Made by a program: the position numbers and the translations under genes
Virus record (IMG/VR): IMGVR_UViG_3300001336_000001
Span: 202,836-266,835 of that record
Length of the DNA stretch: 64,000 nt
Origin: a virus
Lineage: Duplodnaviria > Heunggongvirae > Uroviricota > Caudoviricetes
Reading direction: 5' to 3' (one strand)
Shown here: positions 18,530-28,148 of the stretch, piece after piece
How the letters are laid out: each line of letters opens with the position of its first letter
How positions within the stretch are numbered: the first letter of the stretch is position 1
Notes under the pieces: model-generated
Database searches by the model: none
The model's input: the letters and a program-made list of their open reading frames with translations, nothing else
Told to the model about the DNA's origin: nothing

Positions 18530-21500
18530 TTAAAAACCCCAATCATCATCATCTTCATCGTTATGTAAATCAACTTCTTTATCCACATTATTTATGATAG
18601 CTAACCCATTTAAACTTGTATGAGTATTTTCATCATTTTCTACTTCCTCATAGTTTGTAGAATCCCCACTCAACACTTTTCTTTCAGCTATGTAATTTAA
18701 CCACATATCATACATATCATCAATATTATCATTGTTTTCTATTGTTGAATACCAAGCAGCTCGATTAATAGCTTCCTGTTCATAGTCAAATATTATATTA
18801 AATGGATAAAGGTTCACTCCCCACTTAATTGATGTAAGATAAAACACACCATCAACATCATTAATATCAATAACCCCTTTTAATGTGTCTGGCAATTTAT
18901 TATATAGTTTTAATTTTTTAAAATCAACAACCTCCATCCTTTTTATTGCATCTAAAACACGTTCTAGTTCGTCAGCAATACCTTTCTCACGCTGAACACG
19001 CATTCGTTCAATATAATCATTCTGTAAATCAATCCACTCCTCATTAGTCATGAAGTTAGGTGTTTTATTTACCGACATCCAGAATTTAATCTCCCTATCT
19101 TCCATTTTCATTAAATCCTCATAATAATCATCTTGGTCTTCGGGTGATAGTGGTTTACCGAAAACTAATTGACATTCTGATTCAGCAAAAACGCTCCTAT
19201 CTTTTAATTTAAATTCTTTAGTCTTTCTATCTTTTATAACATCGATAATTATTTTATCTCTAACATTTTCATCAAAACAAACCAATAATGGTTTTATTCG
19301 ACTATTTAGTGCTGAAATATATTTCGCAACATTATAATTATCGGTCATAAAATCAGGGTTATTTTCTATAAAATCCTGTGGTATTAACTCACAGTAAAAT
19401 TGTATTTCGGTTGTCCCTTTTTCTTTATCTTTAATAGCCTTTATATCACTATGTGATTTTGCTGTACCAGTATTTATATAAAATATTTCATCCCCAACAT
19501 CAACTTTAAGGTTGTGTTTTAAAACCAATTCCATATGAGCTTGTCTTGATTTAAAATTACCCACTTTATTCTTTTGTTTACAGTAAACATTTTTATAGGT
19601 ATCTAAAGTGGTCTTAACCTTAGACTTTGATGCTATTTTTAATACTGGTATTTTGTAATTGTAAATCTTATTAACTGTATCATAATATAATTCAATAAAA
19701 TCATATCCGTTACCATCCAATAATAAACCAACCCCTTCATTTATAAATTCTTCAATATAAACAGGCATAGCTTTTGACTTAATACTATTACCAACCAGTT
19801 TAACCTTACCATCTAATTTGTTTGCATAATTTTTTCTCTTAAAGTTAATTGCTGATTCATAAACATCATCAACATCTAACCCCATTCTACCCTCCATATA
19901 AAGTTCATTAAACTCAGAAACCGCAGCCTCCAACCCAGTCAAAATGGTACCCGATTCATACTTTTTAGTTTTCCAATGAGAAGCTTTAACCGTATACTTA
20001 ATGTCATCTATAGTATCTGGAATGATAAAGTTACAACCATCAGTATCTAATACTAAAGGTTCAAATTTATACTTATCCTTAAAGAATCTAATCATAAAGC
20101 GTAATGACTGTCTACCACGACAAGTTGTTTCTTCAGCACAATTTGTGTCACCCCAAGGGAATAAATACGGTGCACCATAAGAACCAAACCAAGAGTTAGC
20201 TAATATTTTAAGTGGTAACTGTTTTTTATCATAATCTGATGATTTTTTAAACTCAACCTCAATCATCGTATTAGCATTTTCAATTCTACTCTCGTTAAGT
20301 TTATCAATATTAGCTTTTAATAAATCTTGTAACTCTTTACCCTTATCTTTATGTTCTGATGTTAAAAACTTAAACTCATCACGCTTATCAACAACATATG
20401 TCAACAAACCATCCATAACTCCAGATATATCTAAATCTGGGAATATTGACCAAGTTAATTGTGTTTTAGGGTATAGTGCAGCAAAGTCAAATTTAACAAT
20501 ACCTTTACCCTTAGCGTACCCAACCTTAAGTAACCTAGATAGACCACCAGTAAAATCCCTTTTAGGTTGTAATTCTGGTATACCAAGATTATTTTCGTAA
20601 GACCAAGCACACATAATCAACTTCCACTGACCAGCTGTACCCATAGTCGAACTTCGCATGTATGAAGTTGGTAGAATTTTAGCTAATAAAAACGATGCTT
20701 GATTATAAATCGTGTCAACCTGCTCTGTCTCCCAAAGGTCATCTAATAAATATCGCTGAACTATATAATCACCTTTAACAATAGTTAATGACGGTGGTAA
20801 ATCATTAGAATATTCAGAACCATCAAGCAACCCCCACTCACCATTCTCATCATTAAACCAATAATCACGCTTATCAGACCAAATGGTTTTTAGTTTATTA
20901 CCTGGTACATAAACCCTATTTTTCTTAGCTACTTTTGAAAATTTAGTGATATATTTTAATGACCATTTTTTAATATCTGAATTGATAGCCTGAGCTCGTC
21001 TAACAGCATGTGATATATCAAGTACATTGTAACCCCACATATAAGTTTGGTCATATTTAATTGATTCTTGACCCAACTTAAGTGTTGAGTCTTTTCTATA
21101 AACCTTAGAATTTGGATTTAAGGTTTTAACTATTGATTTAAAATCCACACTTAAACGTTCACACCTACGTTCAAAGAAGGGCCAGTCAAAATTTTCTGAG
21201 TTATAAGCAGTTATAACATCTGGTTTAAGCTCGTCTACCCTCTTAAAAAATTCAATAATATTATTCTTTTCAGATTCACGTCTTTCCTTAGGTGTATCAC
21301 CGATGGTTTCTAAAATAACTTCATAACCAAGATTATCACGTATACCTATTTGAAAAATAGCATCTTTACTAGGGTCCAAACCATCAGTTTCTAAGTCAAA
21401 TTGTAATCTATAAACATCGTTATAATCCTCAAAACCTTTAAATAGGCGTTTACTACTTTGTATTAGAAATTGCTCAACTGGTGATAAAGCTAAAAATAAG

Positions 21501-21907
21501 TGTCTATATTTCTCATCCCATATATCAACCCCACCTTCCCTAAAATAAGCTATTAAACTGGAGTACCCATTAGTAGTGTGAGCTATTTTTTTATAACCAT
21601 TAAACATTCTTTCAGGCATAAAACCTTCAGAATCTGAAATTATTAAGTCCTTTACCTTGATACCGAATCTATTCTTAGCAGCGATTTGTCTACTAACACT
21701 ACCACCATACAATATTTTTAAGACATCCTCTTTAAACCAAATAAATGGTTTATATTTATGCCTCTCGATATATTTACCAGTTTCTGGATTGTTAATAACT
21801 AAATCAACGAAATTATCACCATATGTAGTCTCAATGGCTACAATATATTTTTGTGGGTCACGCCCCTCTAAGAATTTTTCGATTACATCAAAACTAACCT
21901 TACTCAT
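18530..21907 (-). CDS. polB: Family B DNA polymerase with 3'-5' exonuclease and a long C-terminal extension
   Basis: ExoI FDLETDG, ExoII YNSENFDWPF, ExoIII YLLDD, motif A DFAALYP, motif B KILANSWFG, motif C LDTDG, RKNYA. Confidence 0.95.
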   Translation of the reverse strand: MSKVSFDVIEKFLEGRDPQKYIVAIETTYGDNFVDLVINNPETGKYIERHKYKPFIWFKEDVLKILYGGSVSRQIAAKNRFGIKVKDLIISDSEGFMPERMFNGYKKIAHTTNGYSSLIAYFREGGVDIWDEKYRHLFLALSPVEQFLIQSSKRLFKGFEDYNDVYRLQFDLETDGLDPSKDAIFQIGIRDNLGYEVILETIGDTPKERRESEKNNIIEFFKRVDELKPDVITAYNSENFDWPFFERRCERLSVDFKSIVKTLNPNSKVYRKDSTLKLGQESIKYDQTYMWGYNVLDISHAVRRAQAINSDIKKWSLKYITKFSKVAKKNRVYVPGNKLKTIWSDKRDYWFNDENGEWGLLDGSEYSNDLPPSLTIVKGDYIVQRYLLDDLWETEQVDTIYNQASFLLAKILPTSYMRSSTMGTAGQWKLIMCAWSYENNLGIPELQPKRDFTGGLSRLLKVGYAKGKGIVKFDFAALYPKTQLTWSIFPDLDISGVMDGLLTYVVDKRDEFKFLTSEHKDKGKELQDLLKANIDKLNESRIENANTMIEVEFKKSSDYDKKQLPLKILANSWFGSYGAPYLFPWGDTNCAEETTCRGRQSLRFMIRFFKDKYKFEPLVLDTDGCNFIIPDTIDDIKYTVKASHWKTKKYESGTILTGLEAAVSEFNELYMEGRMGLDVDDVYESAINFKRKNYANKLDGKVKLVGNSIKSKAMPVYIEEFINEGVGLLLDGNGYDFIELYYDTVNKIYNYKIPVLKIASKSKVKTTLDTYKNVYCKQKNKVGNFKSRQAHMELVLKHNLKVDVGDEIFYINTGTAKSHSDIKAIKDKEKGTTEIQFYCELIPQDFIENNPDFMTDNYNVAKYISALNSRIKPLLVCFDENVRDKIIIDVIKDRKTKEFKLKDRSVFAESECQLVFGKPLSPEDQDDYYEDLMKMEDREIKFWMSVNKTPNFMTNEEWIDLQNDYIERMRVQREKGIADELERVLDAIKRMEVVDFKKLKLYNKLPDTLKGVIDINDVDGVFYLTSIKWGVNLYPFNIIFDYEQEAINRAAWYSTIENNDNIDDMYDMWLNYIAERKVLSGDSTNYEEVENDENTHTSLNGLAIINNVDKEVDLHNDEDDDDWGF

Positions 21908-21923
21908 AATCTAATGTTTTAGA

Positions 21924-21954
21924 CAAAGATATTAAATAAGTGATAAGGTTTCAA
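21924..21954 (-). promoter_or_regulatory. Bacteroidota-type promoter TTG-N20-TATCTTTG (proximal, polymerase gene)
   Basis: -33/-7 consensus match. Confidence 0.7.
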
Positions 21955-21976
21955 GAAATAAGATTAATTTATTTTT

Positions 21977-21999
21977 TTAACCGTTTAACAAACGGTTAA
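21977..21999. repeat. Perfect 10-bp inverted repeat TTAACCGTTT-aac-AAACGGTTAA
   Basis: Directly abuts the -7 box of the distal polymerase promoter. Confidence 0.8.
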
Positions 22000-22030
22000 C
22001 AAAGTTACTAAAATTATTTTAATTAATCAA
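22000..22030 (-). promoter_or_regulatory. Bacteroidota-type promoter TTG-N20-TAACTTTG (distal, polymerase gene)
   Basis: -33/-7 consensus match. Confidence 0.6.
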
Positions 22031-22039
22031 CCAAACTGG

Positions 22040-22408
22040 TTATTTTTTTATACTACCATCTAATACGTGAATATACAACTCTTCTTTAATAGGGGCTATT
22101 AGCGTACCATAACCATCTAAAAACTCAATGGTAAATTGACCAACATACACACCTGGTTTAGAAGTTTCTTTATTTGTGAATTTATAACCTATATAATATT
22201 CATCATAACCACATTCGGAATACTTAGGTATAATTAACCCTGGTTTACGACCAATTATTTTAGCACCACTCTTCAAATCATTCATACTAAAATATATGTT
22301 TGAATTTTGTATTTTTTCATAAAAATTTTTAACATCATTTCTTCCATCTTGAATTAAGTCCAATTTCATTATTGGTAGTGTTGAATTATTATTTATAAAG
22401 AAGTCCAT
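22040..22408 (-). CDS. BppU_N-like (Ig-fold) virion adaptor protein
   Basis: FFIN..STLP...L.L; IYFSM; IGYKF...ET..PGVY.GQF.IEF pattern. Confidence 0.55.
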   Translation of the reverse strand: MDFFINNNSTLPIMKLDLIQDGRNDVKNFYEKIQNSNIYFSMNDLKSGAKIIGRKPGLIIPKYSECGYDEYYIGYKFTNKETSKPGVYVGQFTIEFLDGYGTLIAPIKEELYIHVLDGSIKK

Positions 22409-22437
22409 TTTTTATTTTTTATTTTTTTTGTTATTTA

Positions 22438-24135
22438 TTAGCAAATTACTGGGCATTTTTGTGATATATCAAAATAATTTAAATCACATATGTAGAATTT
22501 AAATTCACTTATTTCCCCAACAAATGAACCCGCATAATTTTTTTCAATGTTCAAACCTAAATCACTGATATCTTGACCGTCAAAAGTCATGTGCTCTAAT
22601 AACCCTTGACTACCACCACCAATACTAATATTATATGGCACTCCAACCTGTTTCATATAGTGGTCATCTAATCTTCTAGCAACAAACTCATCAACACCAT
22701 TAAACACAGCTTTTAATTTACAATCAACATAAATCATAAATTTACCCTTCCTTGCTGGCAAACATTTCAATTCATCTTCATTATATGTTCTATCTGATAC
22801 ATATCTTATTGTAACTCTAGTCCACTCATCTTCATTAATTAAACCTGGTTCAGAATATTGTTCTTCAACAGTAACACCAGTAATGTAAACATCATCAACA
22901 CAATAACCAGTAAATTTTAATGCTCTATATCCTATACCACCATCATCTTTAATCCTAAACCCTAAAGCGTTATCGATAATATCTAAATCTTTATCTAGTT
23001 CTAATATTAACTCACTATCACCACTATAACTACAAACAGTTTCTTTACCGTAAGATGGGTCATCTTTTAAATCACCACATCTCGAATTACCACTTTTACT
23101 GGCCCTACCATATATCAAAAATTGATTTCGTGTATCCGTCTTTTTACGCCTATATTCAGAAACAAAAATACTTGAACCAGTAAAACTACAAACACGTTCT
23201 TTACCATACGCAGCATTATCCCTTAAATCACCACATCTTGAATTCCCATCCTTACTAGCCCTACCATATATTAAAAATTGGTTTGTGATTTCTCTAATAT
23301 CTAATAGTGGTGGGTTTAAAAAGAAACTAAAACCAGTCTCTGGGTCAACTAATTCAATATCACTTTCCTTCAATTCAGTACAGAAATTAGTGATAATATC
23401 ACCACAACCTTCTGGTTGTTCACAACTAATGGTACAACCAGTGTTATTACCCTCAAAAATGTTCCAAAATTTATTTTCAGCCCTAGTACCCAAATAAAAG
23501 AAAAACCCTTTATTATCTGGGTATACATCATTCAGTGTTGTACCTGTTTCACCAGAACAAACTAAACCTTTTTTAAGATAAAAATCAGAAACCCAACCCC
23601 TAGGTGTTCTATTTGGTAAAACCTCGTAAGTATAACCATCTAGTTTATAATAACCTTGATAAAACCCACCACATAATTTAGCAACATTAACATCAAGGGT
23701 ATTACTTTGAGAGATTTCTAAAGGGTATATATATTGACCAGTTGACCCACTAACTTTATGCAAAAACAATGATGTTTCATTAGGTGGTATTGTCAAAGTC
23801 ACCCCTGTTAAAATATTAACAAGATTTTCATTTTTAACATCTAACGGGTCTTTATTGTATAATAACTGCCCATTATCCAATCCAACCAACCCAAAGGTTT
23901 CAAAGTTGTAACCAGTATTTACAGCTTTGTTCCAACTAACTAATGATTTTATTGTCTTATCACTACCCTCTTCGAAGAATATATTATCATCATTGAAATC
24001 ATACCAAACAACAAAACAATCCCCACTTAATCTATTATTAAGACCAAACCCTAAATCATCATAATTTAAGTATAAATCATAATACTCACTATTTGATAAT
24101 TTTAAATCGAATTGTCTATTATTTTTATTGAACAT
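22438..24135 (-). CDS. Virion structural protein with LamG-like C-terminus and an internal tandem duplication
   Basis: WTRVTIRY...FMIYVD...ISIGGG...FVGEISEFKFY...L; co-transcribed with the fibre-like gene. Confidence 0.6.
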   Translation of the reverse strand: MFNKNNRQFDLKLSNSEYYDLYLNYDDLGFGLNNRLSGDCFVVWYDFNDDNIFFEEGSDKTIKSLVSWNKAVNTGYNFETFGLVGLDNGQLLYNKDPLDVKNENLVNILTGVTLTIPPNETSLFLHKVSGSTGQYIYPLEISQSNTLDVNVAKLCGGFYQGYYKLDGYTYEVLPNRTPRGWVSDFYLKKGLVCSGETGTTLNDVYPDNKGFFFYLGTRAENKFWNIFEGNNTGCTISCEQPEGCGDIITNFCTELKESDIELVDPETGFSFFLNPPLLDIREITNQFLIYGRASKDGNSRCGDLRDNAAYGKERVCSFTGSSIFVSEYRRKKTDTRNQFLIYGRASKSGNSRCGDLKDDPSYGKETVCSYSGDSELILELDKDLDIIDNALGFRIKDDGGIGYRALKFTGYCVDDVYITGVTVEEQYSEPGLINEDEWTRVTIRYVSDRTYNEDELKCLPARKGKFMIYVDCKLKAVFNGVDEFVARRLDDHYMKQVGVPYNISIGGGSQGLLEHMTFDGQDISDLGLNIEKNYAGSFVGEISEFKFYICDLNYFDISQKCPVIC

Positions 24136-24141
24136 ATTTTA

Positions 24142-25710
24142 TTATTTTAAATTTCCTATTATATATACCTTTAACCCAGCAGCACCTGTACCAGCCGAAT
24201 TGATATCCACAGTTATCTTATCATCCTCATCAATACCAAAACTCAACCCTGTCTGTGTTGCAACAGTGTTTGCTGAGGTTATATTTATTGGTGATGTTAA
24301 TATGCTTGTACCATTTGCATTAACATCGATTATAGTTGTTGTTGAACCACTTTGTGTCAATGATACTTTAACACTTGACACAACAATATCTCTTGGTGAT
24401 ACTAAGGTAACTTTAGATACGCCAGTTGTGATTTGTGTGGTCTCATCAGATACGACAATTAATAAATCGTATGGTATATTATTGGTGATACCAGTTATTT
24501 CAATTGTACCACTTCCAGATTCCAATGTGATTGTTCCACCACTTGCATTTGATAATGAGGCACCAGTTATTACATTGTTATCAACATATGCTTTATCTAC
24601 CAAACTTCTATCAACAAAGTTTGCTGAATAATCAGCATTGTATTGTACGCCATTGAATCCAACAGCATCAGATTGTGCTATTATAGCACCATTAGTAACT
24701 CTAAACGCAGTCCTATCACCACTCACCACACCATCGTAGTAGTTTAATGATATATCATTACTATTTGCTAATAAAACATTGCTAAATTCATTTGAAACGG
24801 TTCTAATATAACCAAGTAATGTTTGAGGTTGTGTGTATTGTGTGAATGTTATTGAACTATCACTTATAACACCATTTGTTATATTTGAAGTTGAATCTCC
24901 AGTTATATTTAAAGTGGAGTTAACCAATGACACATCTCTAATTGTCCCAGTTATTGAACCATTTGAATTATATATATTATCACCAGATAAAACTCCACTT
25001 AAATCAACACTATATGCATTTGTAATATCATTCCTATCAAACTCTATTGTATTACCATTTAATGTAGCTCCAGTTGTGAATGTATCACCACTAGTTGAAC
25101 CAGAATTTGGCACCCAACCACACATACCCTCAGAATTTATCGCACCTAAAACATAACCAACTTGAGCACCTCTACTAACAATTAACCTATCAGTTCTTAA
25201 TATTTCAGTATTATCAACCCAAATAGTTCTACCAGTAAAATCTAATGTATCTGCACTAAAAATGTAAAAATCTGATGACACTTGACCAGTATAATTACCT
25301 GGTGTTGTTTCAATCATAGAAACAACATATAAATTATCAACTTCAACACCACTATAGGACAAATTAACTAAATTACCATCTATTAGTGTTGAACTACTAG
25401 AATCAAAAACAATATTAGTTGATTGTGTTAAACCACTATTCGATGGTATTATTGGTGTTATACTTGAATCAATAATAGAAACATCAACTGGTGTTGTCCA
25501 GTTAAACTCAGTAGACACACTATTCCCACTAAAATCCGATATAACCCCGATATATTGTGATATCTGCTGTGCAGACGATAAATCAGGCCCATAAGTTAGT
25601 ACACTAAATGGTAAACCAAAAGTCGTACCACCAGACAAAGTGGTGTTAGTTTTTTCATTTTGTTTAATCTGTCTGTTATCAGAATAGTCTAATTTAGTTC
25701 TAAAAGCCAT
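24142..25710 (-). CDS. Fibre-like virion protein (522 aa; probable start MAFRTK at 25710, not 25905)
   Basis: Shares the DTFTTGATL.G.T..FD.N...AY..DLS module with the 657-aa protein; late-promoter motif at 25729-25736. Confidence 0.7.
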   Translation of the reverse strand: MAFRTKLDYSDNRQIKQNEKTNTTLSGGTTFGLPFSVLTYGPDLSSAQQISQYIGVISDFSGNSVSTEFNWTTPVDVSIIDSSITPIIPSNSGLTQSTNIVFDSSSSTLIDGNLVNLSYSGVEVDNLYVVSMIETTPGNYTGQVSSDFYIFSADTLDFTGRTIWVDNTEILRTDRLIVSRGAQVGYVLGAINSEGMCGWVPNSGSTSGDTFTTGATLNGNTIEFDRNDITNAYSVDLSGVLSGDNIYNSNGSITGTIRDVSLVNSTLNITGDSTSNITNGVISDSSITFTQYTQPQTLLGYIRTVSNEFSNVLLANSNDISLNYYDGVVSGDRTAFRVTNGAIIAQSDAVGFNGVQYNADYSANFVDRSLVDKAYVDNNVITGASLSNASGGTITLESGSGTIEITGITNNIPYDLLIVVSDETTQITTGVSKVTLVSPRDIVVSSVKVSLTQSGSTTTIIDVNANGTSILTSPINITSANTVATQTGLSFGIDEDDKITVDINSAGTGAAGLKVYIIGNLK

Positions 25711-25728
25711 ATTAAATATATTTTTATT

Positions 25729-25758
25729 ATAAATATTAATACATTTCAATATATTTAT
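25729..25758. promoter_or_regulatory. Back-to-back putative late promoters (ATATTTAT on minus 25729-25736 and plus 25751-25758)
   Basis: One octamer faces each divergent operon. Confidence 0.6.
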
Positions 25759-25773
25759 AATAAAAATATATTT

Positions 25774-26265
25774 ATGAAGTTTAAAAAGGAATTTTTCGAA
25801 AAACATAAACCAATATCCAACCAAGAAACAAACTTGGATGAATTGGTTGATGTTAATGGTGGTGAAATTTCTGGGGACTATAAGCCAGGTTATAAACAAA
25901 TACAAACTGGTCCAGTACCCAAATCTTTTGATGATACATCTGATTATGAAAAGGGTATATCAACAACCACTGATGATTGGGCACAATACGCAAACCCAAG
26001 GAGTTGGTGGTCGCTTTATTATGGTTATGGTGGAACACCATATAGTCACGGTAAAAGACCAATATCTGAAACTAAAGATAAAATAAAGGATATGCTTGAA
26101 AACATTGTTGATAAACAAAATTTAGAAGATATAGTTGAAAAAACTGATGATACCGATATGGCAATACTAAAAAGGATTGAGGATTTGGTTAAAAAAACTA
26201 AAGAATTATCAAAAAGTGAAAAAAGTAAAATAATAAACATAATAAACGACTCAAACGAAAACTAA
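25774..26265 (+). CDS. Hypothetical late protein (possible internal head protein)
   Basis: First gene of a late-motif operon. Confidence 0.6.
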   Translation: MKFKKEFFEKHKPISNQETNLDELVDVNGGEISGDYKPGYKQIQTGPVPKSFDDTSDYEKGISTTTDDWAQYANPRSWWSLYYGYGGTPYSHGKRPISETKDKIKDMLENIVDKQNLEDIVEKTDDTDMAILKRIEDLVKKTKELSKSEKSKIINIINDSNEN

Positions 26266-26678
26266 TGCCTAATTTAGATTTGAATAATAAAGGTAAGGAG
26301 TTTATTGTTGATGATAAATACAAAAACTTTTTTAAAACAGAAAGAGTTTCATACTCAACATTAACCAGTAGAAAGAGTAGTTTAGAAAATAAAAATAATT
26401 TAACCAATGAAGAATGGGGGTTATTAGATTGGATTAATAAAAAATTAAAAACTGAGATACAAAAAAATGAAGGCCCTAAACGAGCTAGGTTGAATATAGG
26501 CGCCGAAGGTACTAAACGAGGTGTAAATGGTGGAAATAATTTTAAAAACAGAACACCTAACGATACTGATAACAACAATGTTGGGTCAGTTGGTGAAATT
26601 GTTAAAATTAACGAGGAAATAAATTCTATTAAATATTTAATAGAGTATATGGATAATAATAAAACAAAAAATTTATAA
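26265..26678 (+). CDS. Hypothetical protein
   Basis: Translationally coupled ORF; C-terminal INEEINSIKYLI motif similar to scaffold-type termini. Confidence 0.6.
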   Translation: MPNLDLNNKGKEFIVDDKYKNFFKTERVSYSTLTSRKSSLENKNNLTNEEWGLLDWINKKLKTEIQKNEGPKRARLNIGAEGTKRGVNGGNNFKNRTPNDTDNNNVGSVGEIVKINEEINSIKYLIEYMDNNKTKNL

Positions 26679-26680
26679 TT

Positions 26681-27016
26681 ATGTCAAATAAATTAGAAGA
26701 AGCAGCTGTCAATACGAGGTCAACTTTGATAGCGATTAATAACTACAATAGTGCTGATGATGCAAATAATTATGGTGCAACACACACTAGGGCTCTTAGT
26801 GATGAAACAACACCTGTTTATGGTAAAGGTACTGGGGTATTCTTAGATACATACAATGGTGGTGGTAGCTTAGATGTATTCGGTGTACCATCACAAGGTG
26901 GTTCTGGTAGATTAGCGGCTATAGCCAACAACGGCTCAACATGGGGTTACACACCAAATTCATATTACACAACACCAGACACATCAGGTAATGTTGGTCA
27001 AGTAACATTTGGATAA
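26681..27016 (+). CDS. Small Gly/Thr-rich probable virion protein
   Basis: Structural-gene-like composition and codon usage; in operon. Confidence 0.6.
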   Translation: MSNKLEEAAVNTRSTLIAINNYNSADDANNYGATHTRALSDETTPVYGKGTGVFLDTYNGGGSLDVFGVPSQGGSGRLAAIANNGSTWGYTPNSYYTTPDTSGNVGQVTFG

Positions 27017-27027
27017 AAAATTTTTAT

Positions 27028-27453
27028 ATGAAACTTTACAATATTTTTCAAGAGATTATATTAGAAGAACAAAAACACCTCCTAGTCGAGGGTGTCTTGG
27101 AAGATATTAAAAAAGCTATGGAGGGTAGTTATGATATTTGGTTAAAATACAAAACACCAAATGGTACCGTGACAGACCGATACATAGAACTAGATAAGAT
27201 GGGAACATCATTAGCTGGTAATTCAGTAGTTAGACTCTACCAAAAAGGTGGTCAAACAACTGGTAAAAATAATTATGGTTGGAAAATGTTTAGGTTGGAT
27301 AGGATAGTTCCAGGCTCAATAAGACCAACAAATAAAACAAATTATAGGTCGGTTGGTGAAATACCTTCATACACTGGACCTAAATATAATAAAACGGGTG
27401 ATAAACTAATGAAGGGTGTTATCACTAAAGCAAATTATAAATATAAAGAATAA
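27028..27453 (+). CDS. Stand-alone WYL-domain protein
   Basis: IWLKY...NG..TDRYIE...G.......RLYQ.........GWKMFRLDRI matches the WYL (SH3-like) signature. Confidence 0.7.
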   Translation: MKLYNIFQEIILEEQKHLLVEGVLEDIKKAMEGSYDIWLKYKTPNGTVTDRYIELDKMGTSLAGNSVVRLYQKGGQTTGKNNYGWKMFRLDRIVPGSIRPTNKTNYRSVGEIPSYTGPKYNKTGDKLMKGVITKANYKYKE

Positions 27454-27456
27454 ATT

Positions 27457-28005
27457 ATGGATACACCAAAACCGATAGATGTTAATATGCTTAAGGGTAT
27501 ATTGGGTAACGCAAAAAAAATAATGAACAAAGTTGACACTGGTGACTACACTACTGGTAATGTAGACGGTAGAGCACTAAGTGAAGACGGGGTTAAACAA
27601 TTACAAGCCGAAGGTGTTAAAAGACCAACGAAACAAACGGGTTATAATGAAAATAGAGTTAAACAATCAAGGTTACCTGAATCAGTTAAAAAAATGATGA
27701 TTGAAAATCCAATACCACAACCATCAGGACTTAATCACACATTCAATTTAGAAGATGTTTATGATGAGCATGATGAAAAACCATTACCAATACCACAACC
27801 TAGAACAAGAGCGGTTAATGAACAATACCAACAACAACAACAATTTGGTGGGTATAGTGAAAATGTTCTAAGAGCTATGATGAAAGATGTTTTAATTGAA
27901 TATCTAACTAATGATTACTCTAAAAATTTAACTGAAAATGTTATAAAACAAACTATAAATACTTTAATTAAAGAAGGTAAAATAACAACAAAGAAAAGAG
28001 TTTAA
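27457..28005 (+). CDS. Hypothetical protein
   Basis: ORF in operon, followed by a palindromic terminator. Confidence 0.65.
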   Translation: MDTPKPIDVNMLKGILGNAKKIMNKVDTGDYTTGNVDGRALSEDGVKQLQAEGVKRPTKQTGYNENRVKQSRLPESVKKMMIENPIPQPSGLNHTFNLEDVYDEHDEKPLPIPQPRTRAVNEQYQQQQQFGGYSENVLRAMMKDVLIEYLTNDYSKNLTENVIKQTINTLIKEGKITTKKRV

Positions 28006-28054
28006 AAAAAAATGATTTTATGAACTATTAGTACATAAAACCCAATTAAAATAA

Positions 28055-28094
28055 AAAAAAAGGAATATTATATTAATATAATATTCCTTTTTTT
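28055..28094. terminator. Perfect 40-bp palindrome, probable terminator
   Basis: AAAAAAAGGAATATTATATT|AATATAATATTCCTTTTTTT with no spacer. Confidence 0.7.
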
Positions 28095-28095
28095 A

Positions 28096-28124
28096 TTTAC
28101 TATCAATTGTGTTATGATTATTAT
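28096..28124 (+). promoter_or_regulatory. Putative middle-class promoter TTTACT-N17-TATTAT
   Basis: Upstream of the first gene of the glycosylation/metabolic operon. Confidence 0.5.
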
Positions 28125-28148
28125 TATACCTAATAAATAATTTATAAC

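Noticed and set aside
18530-21907. Intein or intron explaining the long polymerase (terminase also checked)
   Set aside because: No intein splice-junction blocks; catalytic motifs are normally spaced; the extra length is C-terminal
24128-25156. Plus-strand ORFs 24128-24631 and 24833-25156, and similar antisense ORFs elsewhere (e.g. 44423-44860, 57129-59417)
   Set aside because: Fully antisense to well-supported genes, with no motifs
25711-25905. N-terminal 65 aa of the 587-aa ORF; also upstream extensions of the ORFs at 17130, 30945, 34819, 50077 and 54169
   Set aside because: They overlap promoters or neighbouring genes; downstream ATGs with A-rich leaders are more plausible
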